A stretch of 64,000 bases of DNA, taken from positions 32,001 to 96,000 of IMG/VR virus record IMGVR_UViG_3300025018_000111. One strand, 5' to 3'. The DNA comes from a virus. The notes beneath the pieces are model-generated. The model had not been told where the DNA came from. It saw only the letters and a list, made by a program, of their open reading frames with translations, and did not search any database. This document shows positions 48,561 through 57,816 of this stretch, one piece after another (the first letter of the stretch is position 1; each line of letters starts with the position of its first letter). A program made the position numbers and the translations under genes.

Positions 48561-50660
48561 ATGTTCTATACTTTCAAGAATGCAAAAATATCCTTAAACG
48601 GAAGAGATTTAATAGCAGAGTCGGCGACTTTATCTCATTCCGCTTCTGTAGAATCATTTTATCAAGAAGACGAAAGAAATAGCTCTAGATATACCAGTAA
48701 TAACGGAATAAACGGATCGTTTAGAGTCAGTTACTTTTTAACCGGAGAAGACTTTTTAAAGGATTATATAAGTAACGAACTCTCCTTATCTGGAAATTTT
48801 GGAGGAATGTATTTTACATCTGGATACCTGCAGTCTTATAGTATCCAAGGATCTCCCAACTCTCCTTTAAAGGTGGATATAGATGGAGTATTTTTCGATG
48901 ATATCGAAGGATCTTTTTCTCCTACTTACGAGGACATATCCAAAACAATTGATTTTTACAATAATTCAGACACCTCTATATCTTTGACTGTAAACGGAAT
49001 AGGATCTATATCTGAGATAACTTCTTATTCTTATTCAGTAAACAATGATATTTCTCCAGTATTTTACGAAAACTCCACCGTTCCAGATAGAATATATTTT
49101 GGGAGAAGGTCAGTAGAAGCCTCATTCTCCTCATCTAATTTGTCCACATTATTGGGATTAACTGGAAATGGATGCGAAGCGAGTCTCACATTCTCTAATC
49201 AAAACGGAAATTTAGAGTCGTATTCTATAAACGGGATCATGTCGTCTAAGGATTATTCCTCCTCAGTAGGAGGGAAGCTATCTTCCAATATAACTATATT
49301 GTCTGAAAACTATCAAGATTCCCCTTTTATAACCTCGTTCTCGCCAGATCCATCTGCTCTATCAGCAGGAGATTCTGTCATTATAAACGGAACGAACCTC
49401 TTGAACACAAGAAGACTGGTTTTAGAGGATAGAGAATTTTCCAGCTACTCTATAACAAATGATTCTGAGATTGTTGCGAGTATTCCATCGGATGCGGTTA
49501 GCGGGAATTTTACATTATATACTTACGGTGGATCTTTTACCACCGGATTCGCTATGCCAGATGCGTCTATAACTATTTCATCGGTTTATCCGTCTAGCGG
49601 AGTGGAAGGAGGGAGTTTCTCGATAAGTGGCGATAATCTCTATAGAATTTCGAGGGTTAAATTATCGGCGGATTCTTATTCAACAGAATGTGATTTTGAA
49701 ATTCTAAACGCATCTACTATCAACGCTATTGTTCCAGCAGACTTTGGAGGGTACGGACTGTCTGTAGATCTTTATAGTTCTGGATTAGGAAGGGGAGATA
49801 TATCTGGAAGTTTGGCAAATTCTTTCAATATTCTTCCAGAGATTGTGGACTTCACCTCTTCGGGATATCCGAATTCTTTGATAGTTATAGTTACCAATGG
49901 TCATCAGGGATTCAACAAGATCGTTTTCAACGATGGTCCATATTATGAAAATGCTGGAAACATAACTTACGACGAGTTGAGCGGAATTATACCAGAAGGA
50001 GATACTTACGGGAAGATCAAGCTATATAATACCGGAGAGAATGCGTTTGTTGAATCTCTTGCTAATTTTTATCCAATTGTAAATCCAAGTGGAATCAACC
50101 CTACTAGCGGTCAAGTTGGAACTGCGTTTTCAATCACTGGCCAAAATTTTAATACGGGATTGATGTACAATACCAGTCCCAGTAATTATCTCGTGGACTT
50201 TAACGGTGTCACTGGCGAAATGGGATGGGTATCTAATTCAGGACTAAGTGGGAACATGGTAGATATGCAAACGAGTGGGCCGATTAGGATTTTCTCGAAT
50301 GACGGAGTAACACTTTATCCAAATAGTGTATCATTTGATTTTATTCCGCCCGATATAAATCTGACAGGTATAGACAGTTTAACTCTGAGCGGTGACGCAT
50401 CATCTAACAATAAAATCAGAGTTTTGGGAGAAAATCTCAGATATGTCGATTCAGTGTATTTAACTAAAACTAACAATCCGTCGATTGGAGCTAATTATAA
50501 TATTTTATCAGGAAACGGGACTGGAATAGGAGTCGGATTACTTGGAAATACTGTTAGCTTTTATATAAGTGGAGCCGATTTGATGCCAACTGGAACTTAT
50601 TCTATCTCAGCTTCTGATCCATACTCCTCGGACTCGATCTCCACATATATACTATATTAA
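48561..50660 (+). CDS. Tube-like N-terminal domain plus IPT/TIG (Ig-like) repeats
   Basis: YLQSYSI..SPN N-half; repeats ITSFSP...G..VIINGTNL, SSVYPSSG..G...ISGDNL, INPTSG.VGT..SITGQNF. Confidence 0.65.
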   Translation: MFYTFKNAKISLNGRDLIAESATLSHSASVESFYQEDERNSSRYTSNNGINGSFRVSYFLTGEDFLKDYISNELSLSGNFGGMYFTSGYLQSYSIQGSPNSPLKVDIDGVFFDDIEGSFSPTYEDISKTIDFYNNSDTSISLTVNGIGSISEITSYSYSVNNDISPVFYENSTVPDRIYFGRRSVEASFSSSNLSTLLGLTGNGCEASLTFSNQNGNLESYSINGIMSSKDYSSSVGGKLSSNITILSENYQDSPFITSFSPDPSALSAGDSVIINGTNLLNTRRLVLEDREFSSYSITNDSEIVASIPSDAVSGNFTLYTYGGSFTTGFAMPDASITISSVYPSSGVEGGSFSISGDNLYRISRVKLSADSYSTECDFEILNASTINAIVPADFGGYGLSVDLYSSGLGRGDISGSLANSFNILPEIVDFTSSGYPNSLIVIVTNGHQGFNKIVFNDGPYYENAGNITYDELSGIIPEGDTYGKIKLYNTGENAFVESLANFYPIVNPSGINPTSGQVGTAFSITGQNFNTGLMYNTSPSNYLVDFNGVTGEMGWVSNSGLSGNMVDMQTSGPIRIFSNDGVTLYPNSVSFDFIPPDINLTGIDSLTLSGDASSNNKIRVLGENLRYVDSVYLTKTNNPSIGANYNILSGNGTGIGVGLLGNTVSFYISGADLMPTGTYSISASDPYSSDSISTYILY

Positions 50661-50686
50661 AAACCCATCTTTTGGAAGAGGGATTT
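50661..50686. terminator. Possible bidirectional terminator at convergent junction
   Basis: aaaCCCaTCTT-ttgg-AAGAGGGattt between converging genes; weak stem. Confidence 0.35.
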
Positions 50687-50693
50687 AGCGAAG

Positions 50694-51425
50694 CTACTTG
50701 TTGATCTTTTTCTTGAGCCTTCCCAAGAGTTTAACCCCCAAGGTGGGCTTCTGAGAATGAAGTTCGTTTAAGTTTTCGGGGTCTTTTTCAAAAACCTCCC
50801 CTTCTTTTTTCAATGTCTCAAGGATAAAGGAAAAACTATATCCAAGCTTATTCATACAATCTTCAATCATTTGAACAATATTAGAAGAACCGTATTCTTT
50901 CTTTACGTGCTTCTTTGCTTTCAGCTTATTGGAGCTATTCTCTGGAGCGATTTCATCCTTACCACAAACATTGATTTCCAAGAATGTCCTAACGGCACGA
51001 GAAAACGCTCGATTCTCCGCACAAGTAGCAAGATACTGGCCCATAAAGTCATCAGTATTATCGAGATTCGCATCAGCAGTACTTGTATGAACGATTGGTC
51101 TTCCTTCCGTTTCAAAGTTTCCAATCCAAGAAATTTCACAGCTCATAGAAGAGAAGTCTTCTCCTGTGTTGATAATTGGATATTTGATACTATCGTATCC
51201 GCGAATCTTCGCTAACCACTTGAAACCAGCAAGATAGATCAACAACTTATTATCAGGAAGATTGTCGATATCCTCTCCTTGCAAATCAGTATCTTTCACA
51301 TAGAAAAATTTCTTGGGAAGAGTTTTCCTCCAGTCAATCTTCCCATATTCATCGAAAACATATTCGATTCCTTTTACAAGTCCGTTTTCGTCCCTTTCTA
51401 CTTTCTTAATCTTTAATTCTTTCAT
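50694..51425 (-). CDS. Putative Rad52/Sak-like single-strand annealing protein
   Basis: ADA...N......LAT.AENRAFSRAVR..L.I...G.DEI motif. Confidence 0.4.
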   Translation of the reverse strand: MKELKIKKVERDENGLVKGIEYVFDEYGKIDWRKTLPKKFFYVKDTDLQGEDIDNLPDNKLLIYLAGFKWLAKIRGYDSIKYPIINTGEDFSSMSCEISWIGNFETEGRPIVHTSTADANLDNTDDFMGQYLATCAENRAFSRAVRTFLEINVCGKDEIAPENSSNKLKAKKHVKKEYGSSNIVQMIEDCMNKLGYSFSFILETLKKEGEVFEKDPENLNELHSQKPTLGVKLLGRLKKKINK

Positions 51426-52554
51426 ACAAGGTATAATGTTCTATATCTTTCCAAAACTCTTTTGTTTTTTTAATTGGCTTGATTTCTTTTGCAAGACCAC
51501 TCGGCTCAGAATCCAAGTAATGCTGTTCTGATAAGTATAATTTTCCTGCGGAAAAAGTCAACTTTTTAGTTTTGAAAAATAGGTCTTTCTTGGTTGGAAT
51601 TTTTTCTGGAACACCTTTCCATTCAATAATCGGACCATAATCAATATACTTCAACTTAGTTTTCTTTAGATCATCCCCAGAAGAAGAGGAGATAAGAAAA
51701 ACAGTTAGTCCTAATTCAAAACAACTTTTCGCAAATTCCATATCGCAGAAATCAACGTGAATTGCCATCTCTCTAATTCTAATCCTGTTTCTCTCAAGCA
51801 TATCAAGATTGATAGCTTTTTTCGTTACAATACAACAGTTTCCAACCGCCAGTTGTTTCTCAAGAACGATTTCGTCATGTTCAAGATCCATCCTAACAAC
51901 AATTGCGTCAATTCTGAGTTTATCAATATCGACGGTCATATTGGGAACCATCTCTACAGATTTATTAACGTACCTTTTGCCAACTTGGACTTCTTTAAAT
52001 GGAAATGTGTTCTCAATATTGAGAAGTTCTAAAACATTGTCGCTAATCTGAGTAGGAAGTATTTTATTGATAGTCATTTCTTGGTCGGACATTCCGAAAG
52101 AACATTTTTTTCCAACCTTGATTTTCCTATAGTTCTTTTGACTGCCAAAATACTTTCCAGAATAGCAAGCGTCACTATCCGAAAACAATTGGACAAAATT
52201 CTTATCATATCGACCGACAATTTGACACATAAATTCGGAAGTAGATATCACGAGCATACTGTTTTTTACAAGATATGAAATCTGTCCTATTGACAAATTG
52301 CCAAGCAGAATAATCGTATTATCCAATCTTTCGCATCTTTCATCCCCCATTTGAACAACCTTAATATTGTATTTTTCCAAAGTGGGAACAATTATATCAA
52401 TAACATCCTGATAGTATGAATAAGATCTGATAGGATCACTCTCCATGTGAAGAATAATATATTTATCGAAAGGTAACGGAAACAACTCTTCCAAAAGGAA
52501 GGGATCTCCAACGGCTATATTGCAGTTGTCTGAAATTTTATCTATTAAGTGCAT
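51406..52554 (-). CDS. Glycosyltransferase-like protein (GT9/heptosyltransferase-like, possibly degenerate)
   Basis: KYIILH...Y.YYQDVI...VVQMG...LLG.LSI.Q..YLVKNS.L pattern of a GT-B GT9 C-domain. Confidence 0.55.
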   Translation of the reverse strand: MHLIDKISDNCNIAVGDPFLLEELFPLPFDKYIILHMESDPIRSYSYYQDVIDIIVPTLEKYNIKVVQMGDERCERLDNTIILLGNLSIGQISYLVKNSMLVISTSEFMCQIVGRYDKNFVQLFSDSDACYSGKYFGSQKNYRKIKVGKKCSFGMSDQEMTINKILPTQISDNVLELLNIENTFPFKEVQVGKRYVNKSVEMVPNMTVDIDKLRIDAIVVRMDLEHDEIVLEKQLAVGNCCIVTKKAINLDMLERNRIRIREMAIHVDFCDMEFAKSCFELGLTVFLISSSSGDDLKKTKLKYIDYGPIIEWKGVPEKIPTKKDLFFKTKKLTFSAGKLYLSEQHYLDSEPSGLAKEIKPIKKTKEFWKDIEHYTLYERIKD

Positions 52555-52556
52555 TT

Positions 52557-54485
52557 TTAAAAATCGTTGTCGTTATGAAGATATGTCTTGTCATCCAATC
52601 CCTCATCAATTTGGAAAGAGATATCGAAAAGTTTATCATCAGTTAGATACCCTTCTAACCAAACATTGTTCCTCATCTCCTCAATAAATGGGATAACTTT
52701 CTTGATATACGGATTTCCGTTAAAAACATTACTATGTTCTTTAGGGCAGCTAACATAAATATCATACCCATCGTATTTTTCAGAACAGTTTTTCAACAGA
52801 GACGTAACCGCAATCACGTTTTCCAATCCGTGAGACACTACTAAAAGAATTCTATAGTCATTTTTAGAATCTTTTAAGAAACTTTTGATATAGTCATCTT
52901 TGGATATATTTTCCTTTTCAGATCCTTTGGACGCTGTTTGTCTAAAGTATGTTTCGATTTCAGCTCTCGGAACTCCCTGATTGATCTTGGTCATCCAGTG
53001 GAGCATTCCATCATCGTTAGGGCTAATAATTTGTCCGAGAATATTCTCATAAAGACTCATTAACCATTTTTGATTATCTTCAATTTCTGGAACGAAACAA
53101 TTAGGATTGTGTTTGTCTAAATCTTTAGTAGTGATTCTTTTTTTAATCAAAGGCATTTTATCAAATTCTGCTAATACCTTTTTCATTACATTATCTGTAG
53201 AATAATTTTCATGAACCCATTTCTTAGACTTTTCAACGAGGGAGTTTTTAAACTCATCACTCATAGAATAAACCTCCATCAATTTTTCAACAATGGATCT
53301 AGGATTTGTCGCGGCTTTTGTAAAATTAGACTTAGGCTCAAACGTGGGAGTCCAGTCTATGCTAATCGTCCCAGAGTCGGGATCTGAACACATTTCCTCG
53401 CCACAACTATAATTGGACACCAGAGTAATCAAGCCAGCGTACTTTGCCTCCTGAATTGGAATTTCCTGCCCTCCGCTAGTGAATGGGTGACAATAAACGT
53501 CCATGACATTGTAAATTTCATTTAGTTGAAATTCGGAAACTCCATTCGCAATATTGATCGTATTCTTACTCCCTTTCGCCCCACAGTAAGAACAATCCTG
53601 ATTTGGCCCATGATAACTTGAGATTTCGTATTTTCTGCAAACTGGGCAATAGTAAGTGCAGAGAACATTTTGAGGATTGATTCCGAACTCTTCCATATAA
53701 AAAAGAATGTCCCAACCATTTCCTCCAAAATTAGAACCCTCCTCAAAACAAGTGTGAAGCAGAAGCTTTGACTTTGGAACAATCTTTTGAAATTCTGCGA
53801 AAGCCATCAATAACTGAGGAACGCTTTTTCTCAATTGATTCCTAAAAACAAAACCAATAACATAATCATCGTCAATATTGAATTTTTTGCGAAGTTCGGT
53901 TCTTTTTTCTTTTTCTATCGGATAGAATTTGGAATGGTCAATCATTCCGTGCATTGTCTTAACATGAGTATGACCAAGACGATGAAGCTCCTTTTCTGCG
54001 AAGTTACTCCAAACCCAAAAGTTTGGGATATCCTTTGCTCTCATTTTGGCGGTTCTGTGAATAGGAAGAGAGTCCAGCGTAGTCCAGATCACGCTATTGA
54101 TTTCCCTGAACCAACTTTTATCAATCGTATAATCGACTCCCCAAATGTCCTCAACGCCAACGTAGATATCGGGTTTGAATTCCTTGATTACTTTATCAAT
54201 AGAGAACCATCCATATCGAATAAGGTCGATAAACCCTTGTCTATTTTTCTGGTTTTGTCTATTCAAAAATTCATCTACCTCTTGTTTGTTGTCCGGCAAT
54301 GTTCCAGCACATTTCCAAGGAAGTCTTTTTAACGATGGATCGCTATATTTTAATCCAGAGGCGAATTCCATGACCTCGTATTCGCCAGTGGATTCAAGAT
54401 ACTTCAAAACCTCTTTAGCATTCCTACTAAATCCAGTTTTCAGCATTGAATAAGCGGAATGATATAAAATTCTTTTCTTTCGCAT
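52557..54485 (-). CDS. Glycosyltransferase (GT4-like) with zinc-ribbon insert and GT9-like C-terminal domain
   Basis: TGFSR, RNQLRKS.P.L, LNEIYNVMDVY.HP.TSGGQEIPIQEA, CPVC...CSYC insert, C-terminal NPYIKKVI. Confidence 0.8.
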   Translation of the reverse strand: MRKKRILYHSAYSMLKTGFSRNAKEVLKYLESTGEYEVMEFASGLKYSDPSLKRLPWKCAGTLPDNKQEVDEFLNRQNQKNRQGFIDLIRYGWFSIDKVIKEFKPDIYVGVEDIWGVDYTIDKSWFREINSVIWTTLDSLPIHRTAKMRAKDIPNFWVWSNFAEKELHRLGHTHVKTMHGMIDHSKFYPIEKEKRTELRKKFNIDDDYVIGFVFRNQLRKSVPQLLMAFAEFQKIVPKSKLLLHTCFEEGSNFGGNGWDILFYMEEFGINPQNVLCTYYCPVCRKYEISSYHGPNQDCSYCGAKGSKNTINIANGVSEFQLNEIYNVMDVYCHPFTSGGQEIPIQEAKYAGLITLVSNYSCGEEMCSDPDSGTISIDWTPTFEPKSNFTKAATNPRSIVEKLMEVYSMSDEFKNSLVEKSKKWVHENYSTDNVMKKVLAEFDKMPLIKKRITTKDLDKHNPNCFVPEIEDNQKWLMSLYENILGQIISPNDDGMLHWMTKINQGVPRAEIETYFRQTASKGSEKENISKDDYIKSFLKDSKNDYRILLVVSHGLENVIAVTSLLKNCSEKYDGYDIYVSCPKEHSNVFNGNPYIKKVIPFIEEMRNNVWLEGYLTDDKLFDISFQIDEGLDDKTYLHNDNDF

Positions 54486-54509
54486 TTGAATTATTATATC
54501 CCAAAATAC

Positions 54510-54543
54510 AAAAAAAAACCGAATTTCTTTCCAGAAAAACGGC
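54510..54543 (-). terminator. Probable intrinsic terminator
   Basis: On the minus strand: GCCGttTTTCT-GGAA-AGAAAttCGGT followed by a T run. Confidence 0.55.
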
Positions 54544-54572
54544 TTTTGATTTTTTATATCTTTTAAGTTGAT

Positions 54573-54743
54573 TTAATCTCCTAGCAACTTGTCTCTCTTG
54601 TTTGCAAACTGCGTATATGCGCGAGACAAAAGATTCAATTGCTTTCGCTGCTCGTCATCCCTCAATTCCTGAGAAACCGATTCAGCTTCCTTAAGGATGT
54701 TAGAGATGATTTTGTTTAATTGCTCAATTTCGTTGGTCTCCAT
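54573..54743 (-). CDS. Small hypothetical protein (56 aa, absent from the ORF track)
   Basis: METNEIEQLNKIISNILKEAES...KRDKLLGD*; fills the gap between the SSB gene and the terminator. Confidence 0.55.
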   Translation of the reverse strand: METNEIEQLNKIISNILKEAESVSQELRDDEQRKQLNLLSRAYTQFANKRDKLLGD

Positions 54744-54766
54744 GTTTTTCTATATTATATTTTGAA

Positions 54767-55543
54767 TCAAAATGGCACATCCTCGTCTTCGTTATCAGAA
54801 GATCCGGTATCAAATTCGTCATCATCGTAAGGAGGATTATTGGTTCCTTCTTCCGCTTTCTCTGGAGCCGGAACAGTATTTCTCTGAGTCTTTTGCGCAG
54901 GTTGATGCTCACCCTTCCTTCGATTACCCTCTTCTCGACCGTTAGAATCACTGAATCTATTTCCATTGGAGTTTTTCACGCTACTTGCCAACGACGCTTG
55001 GATTTGAGAATCAAAATGAGCGTGAAGAACAGCTTCCAGAGCTTTCTCTAAAAGCATTACCTCACTTGCTTCAAGAGTCATCGCTACATAGTTCTTGTCT
55101 CCAATATCTAATAATTGGAGAGTGAATTGTCCGAATTTGCAATTCTCGTGTTTTGGATAAAACTTTAAAGACTTTTGAGAGGATGGCGTTTTGTGATAAA
55201 AGTTAGCATCATAAGATGTTTTCATCACTGAATCCTTATCCGTATAATCAATTTTTATATGCTTGATCGCACGTTTTTCTCGAATGCAAGAAAGAATTTC
55301 TGCTACTTCGTTTTCATTCAGCATCAACGTGATATTCTTAGTTTTATCTTCAAAACTATCTTTAAAATACCCTTTATTGTTTTCTTCGTCCCAAGAAGAT
55401 TGCTTTGTTAATTGAACGAAAACTCCTCCGCTGGCATCAGGAAGAGTAACCCTCCGTCCATCTTTCATGAAGCTTCGATTTACAGGATTTATAGATAGAG
55501 CGGAACCTGAATTATATTTATTTGGTTTGTATAATTTAATCAT
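54767..55543 (-). CDS. Putative single-stranded DNA-binding protein
   Basis: Follows dnaE-C; disordered acidic tail ending DEDVPF, like the SSB C-terminal tip. Confidence 0.6.
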   Translation of the reverse strand: MIKLYKPNKYNSGSALSINPVNRSFMKDGRRVTLPDASGGVFVQLTKQSSWDEENNKGYFKDSFEDKTKNITLMLNENEVAEILSCIREKRAIKHIKIDYTDKDSVMKTSYDANFYHKTPSSQKSLKFYPKHENCKFGQFTLQLLDIGDKNYVAMTLEASEVMLLEKALEAVLHAHFDSQIQASLASSVKNSNGNRFSDSNGREEGNRRKGEHQPAQKTQRNTVPAPEKAEEGTNNPPYDDDEFDTGSSDNEDEDVPF

Positions 55544-55553
55544 CTTTTTTAAT

Positions 55554-56717
55554 TTACTTTACTTGACTTGTTTTTGTCAACACTTTATTTGGAATAATTC
55601 CGATATTCTCACAGAACATCGATGTTCTTTCTTTATTCGGAGATCCTTTGACCACAACTATGTCACCTTTATCTGGAAGTTTCCCATTGTTGGTTTCGCA
55701 ATTGGATATTTCGTCCTCTCCAACCAACATAATAGTGAAAGTTCCAAAATCATCGGCGACCTTATATCGTAGATACTTATTGTCTCTTTTTGAAATTCCT
55801 ATGAATGGCTTCTCAACGATTTCGCATCCGAGTCTGATTTTCTCACCATTCCCGAATTTCGCTTTCTTGATTTCTGGTATATTATAGACAGATTGATATT
55901 TTTTTTCAAGAATTTTCTTCAAAGTATTTGAGAAAGAATATCCGAGATAGTGTCTCTCAAAATACCAATTAGAATATCCCTCGTGCTTAGAATTGATTTC
56001 CATCATCTTCTTATACTTAAAAGTATTCTTCCTGATCGTGTCCATTCTACTGGGAGCAACTAGAGGTTTTCCGTTATCCCCTATCTTTTGGGAAATCTTT
56101 TCTAGGGCAATATCTATCCTTTCGTCAATATTGTATTGAATCAGAAGGTTTTTTTCCTTTGTGAGTTTATTCCAATATTGAATCTCAAAAGAAAATTCAT
56201 TCCTAGATTTGATGAAATCATCAAAAAATCCACATCTGGTTAAACTTATGAGAGTGGTGACATCTAGTTTTGCCTCGTTCGCATTCAGAAGAATCTCATA
56301 TTTGGAGTCAAAGTTTTCTAAAAGTTTATCTAGTTTTTGTTTCTTTTCTTGTTTGATTCCACGAACGCAAGCAATTCCATGACGGATATTTTTGTCCTCA
56401 AGTGAAAAATCAATCTGACTTTTCCCAATGCAAGGAGGAAGCAATTCTATATTTTCCCCGACCATTTCTCTTTGGATGCTTCCAACTTCGGACTGTTGTT
56501 CTCCTTTGTTATTGGTCATTTTTAGATTCCCAAGAAAAAACTGAGTTGGGAACTTGTATTTTAAATAGATGGTGATTGCGGTAAGAGCGGAATAAGCGAT
56601 ACTGTGACTGTTGCTCGCCACCAATCCGTTCGCCAACACAAAATTGTGACAAGGATTATCTACCTCTATATCAATAAGATCCCTCTCTTCGAGTTCTGTG
56701 GATTTAATGATTCTCAT
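55554..56717 (-). CDS. dnaE: DNA polymerase III alpha, C-terminal part with N-terminal split-intein IntC
   Basis: After IntC: SHSIAYS...YLKYKFP..F, LLPP.I.KS...F, I.HGI..VRGI HhH, E..YLGYS and an OB fold. Confidence 0.92.
   Translation of the reverse strand: MRIIKSTELEERDLIDIEVDNPCHNFVLANGLVASNSHSIAYSALTAITIYLKYKFPTQFFLGNLKMTNNKGEQQSEVGSIQREMVGENIELLPPCIGKSQIDFSLEDKNIRHGIACVRGIKQEKKQKLDKLLENFDSKYEILLNANEAKLDVTTLISLTRCGFFDDFIKSRNEFSFEIQYWNKLTKEKNLLIQYNIDERIDIALEKISQKIGDNGKPLVAPSRMDTIRKNTFKYKKMMEINSKHEGYSNWYFERHYLGYSFSNTLKKILEKKYQSVYNIPEIKKAKFGNGEKIRLGCEIVEKPFIGISKRDNKYLRYKVADDFGTFTIMLVGEDEISNCETNNGKLPDKGDIVVVKGSPNKERTSMFCENIGIIPNKVLTKTSQVK
56610..56717 (-). mobile_element. Split intein C-fragment (36 aa)
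   Basis: MRIIKSTELEERDLIDIEVDNPCHNFVLANGLVASN|S, blocks F and G only. Confidence 0.92.
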
Positions 56718-57816
56718 TTTTGACTTTCTTCCATATCCATATTGGTTCACCAAATTTTCCAGCTTTATCAGATTTACTATTTGGCCTTTTCCCCATTTCC
56801 AATCCCCAACAACCTTGATACTCGGAATTTTCCAAAGTGTCAATGAATTTGTTCATCGGATCGCAAATTTTATTTATCCGATGATGACAATAAACATCAC
56901 TAATATTGATAGCGAGAGTTCCATTTTCGTCTAAACTATCCCAACTATTTTTAATACTTCTGAAAAGAAAATTTTCCAACCATTCTTCAAAAACCTTATA
57001 TTTTACCCAACTCTGAGATTCGTCATAACTGTATCTTTCAATATCGTAATAAGGGGGAGACGTAAAAATAAAATCAAAATTTTGACTGTACTTATATTCT
57101 TCAGCCTGACCGACATTCATGTTGACAAACTTTGATCCGTTATCAAAAATCTGAATCTGCTTATTGTAACCGTCAACTAGTTTTTCATTGGGATCTAATC
57201 CAAAATAAGAAACCCCAGTGTTTGAAGCTAAAAATCCACTCAGCCTATCCCCCCAACCAGAGGAAAAGTCAAGAATTTTCTTAGCCTCAAAATGATCGTA
57301 CAAGACTTTCGCCACAGATGGTCTAAATTGGCTCGCAATGTACTTTCTAAGCGATATTAGAGTCCTGATAGTATCAGAGTTAAGGGACATAATTTTAAGA
57401 GTCCACAAACCGTTTAAAAGAGTATTTAAAAACTTCGCATTATTCCAAACTCTTTCGGGACTCGGACTGTTGATAGAATTTGTTTTCCACCGATTATATT
57501 GGTGAAAATAATTGCTTGATTTATTCCCAACGTTGAGAGATTTTAAAAGAATGTCCTTTCTCTCAAATTCATAATCATACCGAGTGTTCCATTTTGATTC
57601 GATTAAAACATCAGATACTTTTACTCTGGTTAATTTGTCAAAATCTTCTTTTGCATCTTGCTCGGTTATTTTGAGATAAGGAAGAGGAGGATCTTTCATC
57701 ATTATCTCCTCTATTATTCTGTGCTTAATATCTCCTTTAGAGAATCTTTCGTTTATTTGTTTCCAGTCTCGTTCTGATACGTTGAACTCTCCGTTTTTTA
57801 TAAATTCCCTAAGCAT
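56704..57816 (-). CDS. DNA amino-methyltransferase (m4C/m6A type)
   Basis: Motif I LDFSSGWG, then motif IV FTSPPYY, and EPIWIW. Confidence 0.85.
   Translation of the reverse strand: MLREFIKNGEFNVSERDWKQINERFSKGDIKHRIIEEIMMKDPPLPYLKITEQDAKEDFDKLTRVKVSDVLIESKWNTRYDYEFERKDILLKSLNVGNKSSNYFHQYNRWKTNSINSPSPERVWNNAKFLNTLLNGLWTLKIMSLNSDTIRTLISLRKYIASQFRPSVAKVLYDHFEAKKILDFSSGWGDRLSGFLASNTGVSYFGLDPNEKLVDGYNKQIQIFDNGSKFVNMNVGQAEEYKYSQNFDFIFTSPPYYDIERYSYDESQSWVKYKVFEEWLENFLFRSIKNSWDSLDENGTLAINISDVYCHHRINKICDPMNKFIDTLENSEYQGCWGLEMGKRPNSKSDKAGKFGEPIWIWKKVKNENH

Noticed and set aside
56718-56843. 42-aa N-terminal extension of dnaE-C in the ORF track
   Set aside because: It lies inside the MTase gene. ATG 56717 gives a typical 36-aa IntC coupled to the MTase stop.
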